Notes: generated by a model from the letters alone, not told the origin. Shown: positions 37,957-52,800, counted from the first letter of the stretch. The stretch: DNA of 64,000 bases from the human T2T-CHM13v2.0 reference genome, Homo sapiens (GCF_009914755.1 NC_060925.1), one strand, 5' to 3'. Program-made: numbers and translations.

Positions 37957-39699
37957 GAGCTCGGATTTTAAGGCAGTAGCTTGCCGATGCTCCCAGCTGA
38001 ATAAAGCCCTTCCTTCTACAACTCCGTGTCTGAGAGGTTTTGTTTGTGACTCATCCTGCTACCTTTCTTGGTTCCCTGACTGGGAAGCGAGGTGACTGAC
38101 AGACTGCCAAGGCAGCCCCTTAGGCGGCTTAAGCCTGCGCTGTGCAGCGTCTCTGCGGGAGACTTCGGCCAGCCTGAGTGACATGATCCAAAGAGCGCTT
38201 CGGGGTAGGCAATTGCCCCGGTGGAACGCCTTGCCAGAGCAATGCGTAGCAGGCCCCCGCGGAGGATTAACACAGTGGCTGAACACCGGGAAGGAACTGG
38301 CACTTGGAGTCCGGACATCTGAAACTTGGTAAGACTAGTCTTTGGAACTTGCCCACTCCATTTGAGTGGAACCACGGCGTGCCTTTATTAGCAGTTTGGT
38401 TTTGGTTTTGACTTGGTTTGAATTGCTTGACAGGACTAGTCTTGGGAACTTGCCCATTCCATCTGAGTAGAAGCGTGGCCTGATCACCCACAGCGTGCCT
38501 TTATTGGCACTTTGGATTTGGTTTTGACTTGGTTTAAATTGCTTGACAGGACTGGTCTTGGGAACTTGCCTACTCCATTTGAGTGGAAGCGTGGCCTGAT
38601 CACCCACAGTGTGCCTGTACCGGCACTTTGGTTTTTGTTTTTGACTTGACTTAGATTGCCTGATACTTCGGTTTTGGTTTTGACCTGGCTTGGATTTCTG
38701 GATACTCTGATTTTGGTTTTGATTTTGGTTTGGTGTAAACTGCAGAAGTGTGTGTGTGCCCTTTTTACCTGTTTTTTGTTTTGTGGTGTGTGGCGTGTGG
38801 TGTGAGCGTGGTGTTTTGTCTTGAAGAAACATGGGTCAGGCACAAATAAGCCCCCCCCACTAGGAACTATGTTAAAAAATTTCAAGAAAGGATTCAATGG
38901 AGACTATGGAGTCACTATGACTCCAGAAAAACTTAGAACTTTATGTGAAATAGACTGGCCAGCATTAGATGTAGGTTGGCCATCAGAAGGAAGCCTGGAC
39001 AGGTCCCTTGTTTCAAAGGTATGGCATAAGGTAACCTCTAAGCCAAGGCACCCAGACCAGTTTCCGTACATGGACAGTTACAGCTGGTTTTAGACCCCCT
39101 TTCCCTGCCCGCAGTAGTTAAGAGAACAGCAGCATAAGCAGCTGGCAGAGGCAAGTAAAGACCATCAGAGAGAAAAAGAGGCCATCTATACCAATTCTAA
39201 GTTAATTTAGACTAAACAAGGTCTTATTAATAGCAAAGGACAATTGAAATCCCAAACTTACAAGGTTTTCTACAAAAGTGAAGTTTGCTAAAAGTTAACA
39301 GTGTAACATGTATTATGGTAACTTCTAATCTTGTGGCCTTAGACAGTCTATCCAAAGACATAAAGAAAGTTCACTTTAAAAAAGGAAAAAAAAGGAGGAA
39401 GCAGAATTTATACAAACAAAAAGTTATGTGGTAAATTCTTGTCCTGAAATAAATTAACTGGTTGTTTAAAGAAAAAAGTGTTTGTAATAAGTCAGAAAGT
39501 TGAGACATGTTGAAAAATTGTCTGTGGAAGTCGTGAAAGAAAAAAAGTTATAAAAAAATTTTATGCAAACAAAGTTGTATAATTTAAAAGTAATAAGGCC
39601 TCCTGAGTACTATTAAAGAAACAGTTTATGTGCAAGGTGTATAAGAAAACTAAAATATACCTTTGGTAAAAAGATTATAAGGAGGCATTAAAAAAAAAA
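37957..39699 (+). mobile_element. HERV-E/Harlequin (LTR2) R-U5-PBS-leader-gag fragment with poly-A tail and TSD
   Basis: LTR2 R/U5 with AATAAA at ~38000; PBS tggttccctgactgggaa 38069-38086 (complementary to the tRNA-Glu 3' end); leader repeats; gag MA; A10 at 39690-39699; TSD tcagtttgacca at 37945-37956 and 39701-39712. Confidence 0.88.
38831..39093 (+). pseudogene. gag: HERV-E-type gag matrix (p15) fragment, frameshifted after MGQAQ
   Basis: KPPPLGTMLKNFKKGFNGDYGVTMTPEKLRTLCEIDWPALDVGWPSEGSLD...HPDQFPY is gammaretroviral MA; the ATG at 38831 is out of frame with it. Confidence 0.88.
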
Positions 39700-39877
39700 G
39701 TCAGTTTGACCATGAGGTAAGAGTTCCAAAAACCTTTCATAACCTTTTATACTTTTGTATTAAGGAGTAGATAAATGCTCTAGAAGACCCTGATATTGCA
39801 ATACACGAGCCCAGATGTTGGCCTTGCATCAGTGTGCTCCTGACTGTAATGTCTAATTTATAGAAAATCTCTGAATT

Positions 39878-40042
39878 TGAGAGGCCAGAGTGTGTGGATC
39901 ACTTGAACTTAGGAGTTTGAGTCTAGCCTGGGCAATATGGTGAAACATTGTGTCTACCAAAAATACAAAAAAAAAAAAAAAAAAAAAAAAAAAAGAAAGA
40001 AAGAAGAAAGAAAAGAAAAGAAAGAAAGGGAAAGAAAAGAAA
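39878..40042 (+). mobile_element. Alu left-arm fragment with A-rich tail
   Basis: 'tttgagaggccagagtgtgtggatcacttgaacttaggagtttgag'. Confidence 0.8.
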
Positions 40043-40729
40043 GTCTCTGAACTAAACTTATCCCTCAAACTCCAGCCTACAATTCTCACGTGCCCACCTC
40101 TTCTGTCTAGAGGAAGAGGGGGCATGAGGTGGAAAACGGGACATGTGGGATTGTTGGGCCTAAAGGGATTGAATGGTTTCAATTTCTGGTTCTGTGTCTT
40201 GTGAAAGCAGTTCATTTTGTTTGTCATCTTCCCCAGAGTCTGAAGACAAGGCATTAATTGGTGTCAATATTCAGGATTTAGAAGGAGAAGCTGCCTTTTT
40301 CAGACCCAGGAGACAAAGCCCTGTAAGCTAATAGCATAAGGATTAGTTAATAGGACATTTGTACTGCAGAAAGTTCTATTTCTCTCTAACGTGTCACCGA
40401 TAAAAACACTATGATCTGCTGTCCAGTAGTTACTGCCTGCAGCACTTCAAACCATCGTATTAAAGTGGTTAGGATACTCCTTGCATGTAACTAATTGCCA
40501 GCATTCTAATGACAGAACTGTGACCGAAAGCATCAAAAATGTGACAGAACCTATGCCAAACTTTTCAAAGTAAGACAATTAAATTTTCTCTCCATCATTT
40601 AACAAAATACTAAATGCAAATATCAGTTTTGGAAATTCAGTATGAGGATAAATAATCTCCTTTTATTTAAATATTATACAACAAAACAAGAACAAAGTGA
40701 GAATAAACACACAGTCAGTTTTTTTTTGG

Positions 40730-41031
40730 CTATTTTATTTATTTATTTATTTTGAGACAGAATCTCCCTCTGTCACCCAGGTTGGGGTACAGTGGCAGGA
40801 TCTCAGCTCACTGCAACCTCTGCCTTCAAGTTCCAGGTTCAAAGGATTCTCCTGCCTCAGCCTCCTGAGTAACTGGAATTACAGCTGTGTACCACCATGC
40901 CCAGCTGATTTTTGTGTTTTTAGTAAAGATGTTTTGCCATGTTGGCCAGGCCTTGAACTCCTGTCCTTCAGTGATCTGCCTGACTCAGCCTCCCAAAGTG
41001 CTGAAATTATAAGAATGAGCCACCACACCCA
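40730..41031 (-). mobile_element. Alu
   Basis: Antisense dimer with (TTTA)n tail. Confidence 0.9.
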
Positions 41032-41877
41032 TCTTTCTTTTCAGCTATTTTAAAAGAGCATAATCACATATTTCCAAGGTTGGTTTCTCGATGTGGTACT
41101 CATAACTGATTAGGTTGCTTTCACCATTAAAATCTTCAAACCAGTGCAACAATTTACATGTTTTGTTTTCAAGTACACACATGAAAGCCCAACAGTGATA
41201 CAAGGCTTGGTATCAAAAATCACTAGAAATTCTCACAGCTTGTTTTTATTACCACTTCATCCAAGTGAATGTCACTTAATTTTAATAATGCTAAACACAA
41301 CTGAAGGAGGTTGAGAGAAATCCAATCAACATAATATCCTTAAGGACAAGGCCAATCTTTCTGGATGTTGGAACTTTGTACCCACATCACAGTTTTTCCT
41401 CATTAAAGGAAAGGGTCTGCAACCAACTCAAATGATTGATTGCAAGTCTTCCCTTGTCCAGTATAGACAGCTTTTGTGTCTAACTCTACCTCAGCAGCTG
41501 GCCTATACCTGGGGCCAGCTATAGGCCAGGGTTGGAAGGGTTCCTTGCTCCAACATCAGTGGTAGATGCCTTTTGTTTCATGTGAGAGAAGCAACCAGAT
41601 TTTGTGCCTGTACTCTAGTGGTGGCCAATCATGACCTATATGCCTCCACCACTGTGGCAAGCTCAAGAAACTCTCTTTCCCTGCCACATGTGTCTTTTCA
41701 GCACTTAGGATGTGAGAGGAAAGACCCAGCAAATGGGCAAAAACCATGCTATGTATCTGGAACTCTCAGACTAAGCTGTCACAATAGTTCACACTTGGCC
41801 TTTAAGAAACGATAAAAACTTCAGTGTTTGGTTTCCTGTTTCTGCATTAGCTTGCTAAGATAATGTGCACTGCTTTT

Positions 41878-42258
<381 letters not shown>

Positions 42259-42939
42259 AATGTGCACTTCTTTGAATATTTTACCCTTTTCTGCCCATTA
42301 AACCATTAGAGCTGGCATTTCCTTTTCTATCCCATCTGAGAGACTTAAGTGCATTGTAATTTGCAGCAATTAGTATTATATTGGAGATGACGTCTCATTC
42401 CCACCACCTCATTGTATGATTTCTGCGTTTTTGCTTTGTTTATAAAATCTCTTCCTGCCTTTCTTAACTAGACTGGTCTGTCTGGGTAAATTTTCTGTTT
42501 TTCTGTAGTGTTTTTGAAATCCATGTCCCTGATTAGTTAATATGTTTTCTTAGATCTCAGGTGCACAGGGAGAAGGTAATCATGTACCTTAGCTCAGGGC
42601 ACATTATGGTGGCTGCTTTGAGCAAGGCCCTTACTGTCTTTCCTTCTTTTCTCTGTTTATCCCACTCCCATTTCCCTGTCCACTTCCAGAAACACGTTCT
42701 GAGGAGTTTAGTATATGCTCTTTTATCTCACACTTTCTCTGCATATTTCAATAAGGAGATGTCTTCAGAAAACATACATTGTTCTTTGGGGATGGAGGAT
42801 GTTAAAACAACTTTAAAGTGTGAATTGGTTTCCAAAAACCCATTCCATCCTCTTTACTCCATTCTGTGTACTATCTTCTCAACTTTTCTATTCAAATAGA
42901 AAAGTTTGTGTATAAATGTGGGGAGGAAGAAAAGAGTCA

Positions 42940-44085
<1,146 letters not shown>

Positions 44086-44571
44086 TTTATTGGTAGCAAA
44101 AAATAAATAAATAAAAACAAAATTAAAAATTGGGGTTGGAGAATGTCATTAACTTTAGATTTTACTGTATTCGTTAGGTTTTACTTAAAATACCCAGTTG
44201 GAGTGTGAACTCTCATCTTCTCTTGTTCATTTCTGATTTGGCCTGAAAAGGCCCCACGGATTCTTGAAATATCTGAGTCAGAACAGCGGGTACAGCCATA
44301 TCATGTCAACAGTAAAAGATTCCAATAAGGCTGACTGAGAGGGGGCATCTCATCTTTTGGGTGTTGTACTTGCTCAGAGAGGAGGCAAAAGTCTTTCAAG
44401 ATAACCGGACCCCTAGGCATGCAGCGTAGGGGTTCCTTCTATTCTCAACACTACCGGGAGTTCCTAAGCCACAGGAAAGTTGTGACCTTTCTAGCCGCAG
44501 GTCAGAGGCTCAGCCTAGGCTGAGACTGGAGGCGAAAGGGAAAGAAGAGCACTACACCCTAGAATGGATGT

Positions 44572-44643
44572 GGCCATGACTCGGATTGGAGACAAGGCTG
44601 CTGGGGCCACAGCGCAGAGTACTAACCACAATACGATCACCGC
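44572..44643 (-). pseudogene. tRNA-His(GTG) pseudogene
   Basis: GCGGTGATCGTATTGTGGTTAGTACTCTGCGCTGTGGCCCCAGCAGCCTTGTCTCCAATCCGAGTCATGGCC; B box destroyed (GTCTCCAATCC). Confidence 0.9.
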
Positions 44644-45119
44644 AAGCCACAGGAGCTGAAGGGCGCCGGGCTCTTTGTTTAAACGTAATGCAGGGCTGCT
44701 TCCTTTTTGGAGACCTAAGGGTCCGCGTAGATTTCGTTCGTTCTTGGTGTCTCTCCGTTTTTCCCCCCTTTCTTCCCCATTCTGCTACAATAAAAAAAAC
44801 ACTTCTCATCTCTCCCTTGTGCAGTCCTTACCGCTGCACAAAGCTACTGGAAAGTTTCTTCTTCCTGGTCCACGCCTCTACCGACTTCCTTGCCCTCCTC
44901 CTCGCAATTCCCTGTTGGATTCACCCCTTGCCCGGCTCCGGCCTCCTGCGCAAGACAGGCACCCAAAAACAGTGCAGCTGAGTCCCCGCAGCTCCCTGCC
45001 TAAGAGTGGCAAGAGAGGCCACTGGAGGCCTCGCCGCTTGCGCGCCCCACAGGATGCCCGATAAAGCAATCGGAAAAAATGCTTTTTAAAAAGAACCTAC
45101 TTCCCCTTCGTGACGAGCC

Positions 45120-45330
45120 CCGGCAACATGTCGAAATCCTGTATCTACAAAAAATACAAAAATTAGCCGGGCGTGGTGGCGCTCGCCTGTCGTCTCAGCT
45201 ACTTGGGGGCTGAGGCAAGAAGATCACTTGGCCCCGGGAGGTCGAGGCTGCAGTGAGCCTTGTTTGCACCACTGCACTCCAGCCTGGGGGACCAAGTGAG
45301 ACCCTGTCGCAAAACAAAACAAAACAAAAC
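45120..45330 (+). mobile_element. 5'-truncated AluJ-like element
   Basis: Right arm 'gggaggtcgaggctgcagtgagcc' with (CAAAA)n tail. Confidence 0.85.
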
Positions 45331-45936
45331 TTCCCCACAGAAAAATAGTTCATGATTTACATTCTCAGGACTCTTCAAAGGACTAAAAGTTAAAGGCGAC
45401 AATGGATTCACTCGACGAGTCTTAGTCCTGCGCCCTGGTGAATGGCAGACCCTGCTCCCTGCGAGGGGATCACGAGGAACTCTCACCACCATCCCTGCCC
45501 TGGTGGAGCCCGCCTGCGGACACAGGATCCGAAGATGGCAGCGGAAGCTCTGCAGCGGCCCCTAAAGCGATTGGGCAGTGTGGGCACAGGCTCCCTCACG
45601 GGGTGAAGGCGGCGCAAAGAACTGGAAGAGCCATCCTGGGAGCCCACCGGGCATTCAGCTTCCCTTGGGCCCCCAGGCGGCTCGGGCCCGGGTCGCAGAC
45701 TGGGGCGTTTCCGGGGGCTTCTGAAGCAGGCGAGGGGCAGGGCGGGCGAAGGCCATTCGGCTGTCCTTCTGGCTCCAGAATCTCCCAACCCGCGGGTGTG
45801 CAACGTGATCAGCGCGACTCACCGCTCTAATGTCTCCGGTTTTCCCTCCTGAGGGGCAGGCCCTCAGGACAAAAGGGATGGGGAGAGTTTGGTGAGTGTG
45901 CCCTGCACGTAGCGCCCGGTAGAATCAGTAGCAGCG

Positions 45937-46006
45937 GTCTCTGTTGCGCAATCAGCGCGTTTGGCTGTTAACAGAAAGGCTGGTGGTCCGAGCCCAACCA
46001 GGGACT
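45937..46006 (+). pseudogene. tRNA-Asn(GTT) pseudogene
   Basis: GTCTCTGTTGCGCAATC----AGCGCGTTTGGCTGTTAACAGAAAGGCTGGTGGTCCGAGCCCAACCAGGGACT: 4-nt D-loop deletion, B box TTC>TCC. Confidence 0.9.
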
Positions 46007-49000
46007 CCTCGCTTTGTTGTTTTAACCCATTTCTGTTGATATACAATCAACTCCAGCCTAATCAGGAGACACACATGTCCTCTTCCCCACCTTCTTAGGT
46101 CTGAGGCTTGGCAAGGCCCATGGTGCCTTGTACCTGTCAAACTCAAGAATCCCAGAGACCTTAGACAGGAACTCACTTCTGGTGTGATAAAAATGTTCTT
46201 TGCTCCCATGGAAGACTTGGGGGAGTAAAGTGCCTCTAGTTTTTCATGTTTAATAATAGGAGACCTATTACAGTAGTATTCTGTCCCCGGATGTGCCTGG
46301 GTTTAAGTAATTCCTCTATCAATAATGTGACCAGTGGAATCAGTCATCCTCATGGTGATCCTCGCCATTGTTTGTGAAAACAGCATTTCTTCCTCTGTTT
46401 GTGCATGATTTAACCCTTTTCAAGATGTTTTTGAAATGAGGTGGGTTTCATGGCTTTAGGATTACAAATGATGCCGCAATCTCCACTATTCTTGTACACA
46501 TATCTTTGGACACTTGTGCAGATATTTCTATAGTGTAGAGAGGAGGATGTGCCATTTTTACATTACAACATTTATTTAATGCTTCTAATTTGAGTACATT
46601 CTGCAAATTTATCTTCCGTGGGAGCGATACCAAATCATATTCCAATTTGTTTCCCAATTCTATCAATGTCCCTTCTGTCATTTACTTGCCGGCACAACAA
46701 ACGTTTCTACACATTGATGTATGATATTCCACTGAGAAGAGAGGCATCCTCCTGGCTTAACTGAGGGGGTGTACAACCGAAGGAAATGGTGGACATTACG
46801 CACAGATATTCTGCGGCTTAGGATGAGCTGCTAAACTTCTAGGATGTTTTAAAGTCCTCCAATATCTGTAATTGTTTTCTGTGGTGACCAAGTCACGTGG
46901 GTCCGGAGAAGATGGGCCACAGTGACCTCTTTGTCAGCTTTCTGCCAAGTCGCTTATACAAGGGGAGCAAAATCACAAAGGTCCCAGATAATTTTTTCTT
47001 CTCCCCTTTCCTCTTTTCTTCATAAATCTTGGTTTTGCTTTTGTTTGACCAAACCAATGTAATGCCCATTCTCCCTCCTATACAGTGGTAAATTAACATG
47101 CAAATAGCTATCCCTTTATTATTCTTTGATAGATTTCTGCTGTGGCTATGTCCATAAAAATTAGCCCATTTGCGATACATCATTGGAGCCAACAGAACCC
47201 TGCACCCAACAGGCACCTTGTGCAGACCTGGACCCTTAGAGCTATTGGCTCATGTTCCTTCGGTTCTTCTACTGAATATCATGAGTAGAAACTGAGCTCT
47301 TTGGCTTTTACCCACTACTCTGGCTATAGTACATTTTTTCTCTCTCCTCTTTCTCATTTTTGTATCATGATTTTCTGCCATCAGTGGCATCAGTGTGGAT
47401 TTCTGGTTTTGATGTTATTGAGTGAACTTCTGGGATTGTTTTATGGCTGTATAACAGTCAGTATTAAATCCTTCTGTTGATGAAGATTTGTGTTATTCCC
47501 AGTTTTTCCTTAGTAGAAAAATGAGGTTAATAAGAACATTTTTGGATGTATTGTTCATTTAATGGGGGTAATCAATAAAGGTAAGTGTGCTTCCTTTTCA
47601 GGTAGGCTTAACTCGATGAGAAACTACCAATTATTAGAACAGCTGTTGTGCTAAATTGCAGTCCAACTAACATCACACAGCAATATCATACACACTCTGT
47701 ATGAGGAAGTGGGAGAGGCAACAACTTTCAAAATCAGTTTTTCTATGTTTCCTTTCATTTTCTAGTGAACCCTTAATGGCATCTTTGAAGGTGGCTATGG
47801 TCACACCAAGTGTCACCACCAGCCTATTCAAGTCCTGCCTCAGAGCCATGGAGTGATACACCAGGGCAGCCCAGCCAAGTCTCGGGCTCATAAATACCAG
47901 GCAGTAATAGATGCCTATGAAATGAGAAGGGTCAGATGATTCCTCCCTCTCCCATCATGTCTGTGCCTCTCTTTGCAGCTGCCGTGCCGCTAAAAACAAT
48001 TGGTCACACTTATTTTGTCAAAGATAAAGTCAGACATTAGTCAAAGCTGTGAAAACAGATTTTCTTCAGTAACTATTGACCATAGAGGAAGGGGCTGAGC
48101 TCCATCGCATTTGTGCAGAGGTGATGGCATTCTAAACAGAGAGTGAGGCAGGGGAGAGGGCACAGCACAAGTGAAACATTACAAAAGATTAGTCATTGTA
48201 AGCTTCTGCCTCATCAAGACAGCTGTGTCTGCCAGCTGGCAATATTAGACATTAGGATTCTAACCTCCCACAGAGACCGGAAGACAGAGACTCAGTCCTT
48301 CCTGAGGACTATACCTCAAAGGAATGGCTTTCAGATCCTGGGAAAAGACACACTGGAGTCCCTAGGAGATACACACATATCTCAAAGGGATGGAGGAAGG
48401 ATTCCCTTCTTAGTAAGTGCTATAAGAAGGAACCTACCATCATCAGCAGGTACTGGCTAGAACTAAAGTAAGTTCCCCTGGCAGCCTTGAGCTTTCTTAG
48501 GCAGGCATTGCCATGGGAGCCGAGGGTCATACACAGGATATGGTCTTATGCTATTAGAAGTCATGATAGAGTCTGATCAACTCTTAGCACAGAGGTTTAA
48601 ACTGAGTCTTTGTGTGCTGAGTTTGGTTGTTCTCATTTTCCATTCCCCCATCCCATGGTCAAGATTTTACTGGACTCTGATAGATGGACAAGGCCACGGG
48701 CCATTTTCAGTGACATTCCAGCAGCCTAGGCATATCTATTGAGATCTAAATGAAAACAAAGAAAACCGTGAGATTGGGAGTGGGCCCCAAAATAGGTATG
48801 CATTACCGATATTCGGGAGATAAAAATATATCTAGGCCTTGTCAAAATGGAAAGTGACTTATGCAGCCAAGATGAAATTCAAACTTACATTTTCAAAGTA
48901 TATAGCCTGTTGATATTTTGTATAAGAAAGCCATGGCAAAATGACAATCCACAAGTGGCAATGGTATGTATGGGTAGGGAGAGACTTCATAAGGTAAAAA

Positions 49001-49142
49001 TTATCCTCACTTTAAATGAAACTCCTATGTGTTGCTACAGTAAGGGAACAGAAGCCAATGTTACGCTGGAGTATATTAATTGTCATGGGATAAACAGGCA
49101 GGACATGATGCTACATTTATTAGTAACTTCTATTGAGAGTTT

Positions 49143-49482
49143 TTGTGAAGGTTAATTTTTGTGGCAATTTGACTGGGCCAGAGGGTGCCCAGATATTTGG
49201 TTAGACATGATTTCTCACTGTGTCTCTGAGGGTGTTCCTGGAAGAGATTGACATTTCAATCAGTAAACTCAGTGAAGCAGATTGCCCTCCTGGGTGTGAG
49301 TGGACCTCATCCAACCCATGGACGGCTTGAATAGGATGAAGGGTTAAGAAAGAAGTTTTTCTTCTCCACTGTCTTTGAGCTAGGACATCAATCTTCTGCC
49401 TTAAGTCTTGGACTTGGTCTTGAACTATATTTGACTCTCCTCGGTCTAGAGCTTACTCAGAGTAGAACTTGGGCTTCTCTGC

Positions 49483-49521
<39 letters not shown>

Positions 49522-49570
49522 TGTGTGTATCCTGCTCATTTCTTTCTCTGGAGGACTAAGACTAATATAG
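49143..49570 (+). mobile_element. MLT2-type LTR containing (TG)n (49486-49528)
   Basis: 'tgtgaaggttaattt..tgtggcaatttgactgggcca..gggtgcccagatatttggtta' matches an MLT2 start. Confidence 0.75.
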
Positions 49571-49824
49571 TATTATATGCCAGTTGCCAGTTTTTGTCTT
49601 TATTCTTTTGAAAGGTGTAAAATAAATAAATAAAACAAAACCCTGGACGGTTCTCAAAGAAGAACAGTAAGGATTACTAGAAGTTTTAAACTTTTAGGAA
49701 AAGCCCTAAGAACAGCTTTTGTTAAAACAGTCTTCAAGAAAATAAAGGGTGTTGGGAAAAATATTGTTGCCTTAATGTTTTTAAGCAAAGGCATGATCAG
49801 TCAAGGAGAAATATACTTAGGATT

Positions 49825-52800
49825 TTTTTAAGTTAATTTTTACATTTTAATAATTCACATACAATCTTAAGAACTCAGAGAGAAAAAGAGAGGTCCCTTG
49901 TACACTTTACTCAGTTTCCTCCAATGGTAACATCTTGGTAATATTTCCAAAATGGTAATTTTTGCAAATACTGCAAATGTATTGCAAATGCCACAGTACC
50001 AGGAGATTGACATTGATACAAGCAAGGTACAGAACATTTCCATCAACACTGCAATTCCTCATGTTGCCCTTTTATAGCCGTGAACCTGTCTCTCCAGTGC
50101 TGCTCCTCCTTCCCTCCTTAATTCCTGGCCGCTATTAATCTATTCCCCATTCATATAATTTATTCATTTCAAGAATGTTACGTAAGTGGAATCCTACATG
50201 TCACCTTTGGGATTACCCTTTGTCCACTCAACATAATTCTGTGGAGATTCATCCAGGTTATTGTGGCTATCAATAATTTGTTGTTTTTTAAAAAAAATTA
50301 TTGAGGACTATGCGATGCTATGGATATATAACACAATTTGTTTAACCATTCACCTCATGAAAGTCATCTATACATTTTTTCCTCAATTTTGGCTATTAAA
50401 AACAAGGCTGCTATAAACTTTAAGTACATGGATTTTGTGTGAACATAAGATTCTATTCCTCTGTGATAAATGCATGGAATACAATTCCTAGGTGGTATGG
50501 TAGTTGCACATATAGTTTTAAAAGTAAAAACTATACAGATATTCTCCAGAGTGGGCTGTAACCATTTAGATTTCCACCAGCAATGTATGAGTGATCCAGC
50601 TTTCTCTGAATCCTTGACAGCACTTGATGTGGTTACGCTTTTCTTTTGGCCATTCTGATAGGTATGCAGCAATTTCTCATTGTGATTTTAATTGGTATAT
50701 CACTAGTTGCTACTAATGTTCTGATTTTAACATATGAATTTGGGGTGGCTGGGCACAATGCATCCCATAACAATGTGTATTCTGGTGTGGCTGAGTGTTC
50801 TAAAATTGTCAATGGAAGTCCCGCTGGTTGATCATGCTGTTGGGTTCTTCTATATTCTTGTTGATTTTCTGTCTGGTTATTGCATAAATTGTTGAGAAAG
50901 GGGGACGTTGAAGCATATAGCTATATTTGTGGATTTGTCTAGTTCACTGTTCAGTAATTTCAATTGTTGTTGCATAGACATTTATGACTTTTGTCAGGGG
51001 AGGAGTTGGTGGATTGGTTGTTTCCTCATTATATATTGTCCCTCTCTGTCTCTGATTAGTTTCTTTATTCTGAAATATACTATATCTGACATTAATATAA
51101 CCAGTCTTGCTCTCCTTTGTCTAAGGTTTGCATGATACATCTTTTCCCATCCTTTGGATTTCAACTTGCCTGTATCATCATATTTGAAGGTAGTCTCTTT
51201 GTAGCCAGGATGTAGTTGTGTCGCGTCCATTAACCTACTCTGCCAATCTGTGTCTTGTAATTGGTATATTTAGATCATTGATATTTAATACGATGATTGA
51301 TAGGGTAGGGCTTAAGCCTGCCATTATATTTTTCCTTTTGTGTTTGTTCTCTCTGGTGTCGTTTTCTGGATATGCTTTCTTTTCCTTACCTTCCTAAGGT
51401 GACTTGAACATTTTTCAGAATGGTGTTTTGCCTTACCCATAGTGTTTTTGAGTATATCTGTTTGCATAGCCCTCTTAGTTTTTCCAGACATTCATATGTC
51501 TGTGCATCTCTATCTTACCACACAGTATACTGGTGTCATTGTTGTACCAGTGTGAATGAATGATAGATGAGTTACCTCCCTTGTAGGTCTCTTTACCCTC
51601 CCAGTTTATAATTATTTCAAAGATTTTTTTTTACAGAGAGTTAGAACCACATCAAATGATGGTATGATTTTTTTCTGAAGCTGTCAATCGTAGTTTAGAA
51701 AACTCAAGAGAAGAAGGAAGGCCTATTTTGCTTGCTGTTTGTTTGTTTTTTTTTTAATTTTCTTTCTGATGTCCCAAGGTTCCTTCTTTAATCATTTCCT
51801 TTCTGTCTAGAGAACTCCCTTTAGCCTTTCTTTTAAGGTAGAACTGCTGGTCAGAGATTCCCTTAGCTTTTCTTAATCTGAAACTGTTTTGATCTTCCCC
51901 TTAATCCCTGAAAGATGTTTCTGCTGGAGAGAGGAGTCTGGGTTGACAATTGTTTTCTTTCATGGCTTGAAAAGCACCTGGCAACTTCATTGTACCTCCA
52001 TGGTTTCTCATGAGAAATAGATCATCCCCAGAATTGTTTTACCTTTCTAGGTAAGGTGTCACCTTTCTGTGTTGCTTTCAAGATATTCTCTTTGTCTTTC
52101 ATTTCCAACATTTTATTTTTTCATGTGGCTTGCCATAGACCTCTTTGGGTTTTATTCTATTTGGGGTTCTCACAGCTTCTTGAACCTGTAGGTTTCTGTC
52201 TCTTGCCAACTCTGGGAAGCTTTTAGCCATTTACTTCTTTATGTTTGCAGCCTTGTCCTCTTCCTCTTCCTCTTCCCCTTCCAGACATAAATAACAACAT
52301 GAAAGTGAGACCTTCTGAGGTAGTTTCACAGAGGTTCTGCTTACCTTCTCACCCAGTCTGTTTTTTCCTTGTTAAGATTGTGCAATATCTATTTTTTCAT
52401 CTGTAGTGGATGGATTTCTTTGCTCTGCACCATCCATTCTGCTGTTGAGCCTATGTGTTGGACTTTTTATTTTGGTTGTTGTATTTTCCACCTCTAATAC
52501 TTCCATTTGGTTCTCCTTTAAGTCTTGTATTTATTTGCTAAGGCTTTCTATTTGTCCATTGTTTTGAATGTGCTCATAATTACTAAATCATTTTCATCAG
52601 GCTTGCTGGCTTTAAAATCTTTGTCAGACAATCCCAACACCTCTCTCATCTTATTGCCAGTGTGTATCGGCTGTCTATTTTCATTCGGCATAAGATTTTC
52701 CTGCTTCTTGCTATGATGAAGGATTTTCAACTGAAACTTGGACTTTTGGGTATTATGTTACCAGACTCTCGATTTTATTGAAACCTTCTGTTTTAACTAC

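Larger units (their letters stand above)
36335..41450 (-). mobile_element. MER4-group/MER31-type ERV1 internal sequence, interrupted by a HERV-E retrocopy and Alus
   Basis: AT-rich non-coding internal sequence contiguous with the PPT/LTR; far boundary uncertain. Confidence 0.55.

Noticed and set aside
38069-38086. Functional link between the Glu PBS and the local tRNA-Glu gene
   Set aside because: Priming uses cytoplasmic tRNA, the local gene's 3' end differs from the PBS, and the copy appears L1-mobilised; proximity is probably coincidental.
38332-38680. Repeat-spacer-like array resembling CRISPR
   Set aside because: Whole units repeat with no unique spacers; it is a retroviral leader repeat in primate DNA.
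45977-45995. 'ggctggtggtccgag' resembling a Y RNA 5' end
   Set aside because: It is the variable loop and T arm of the tRNA-Asn pseudogene.
46893-47216. 107-aa minus-strand ORF suggesting a processed pseudogene
   Set aside because: No recognisable protein; the segment is better explained as part of the inverted-duplication arm, whose partner at ~56300-56700 does not preserve the reading frame.
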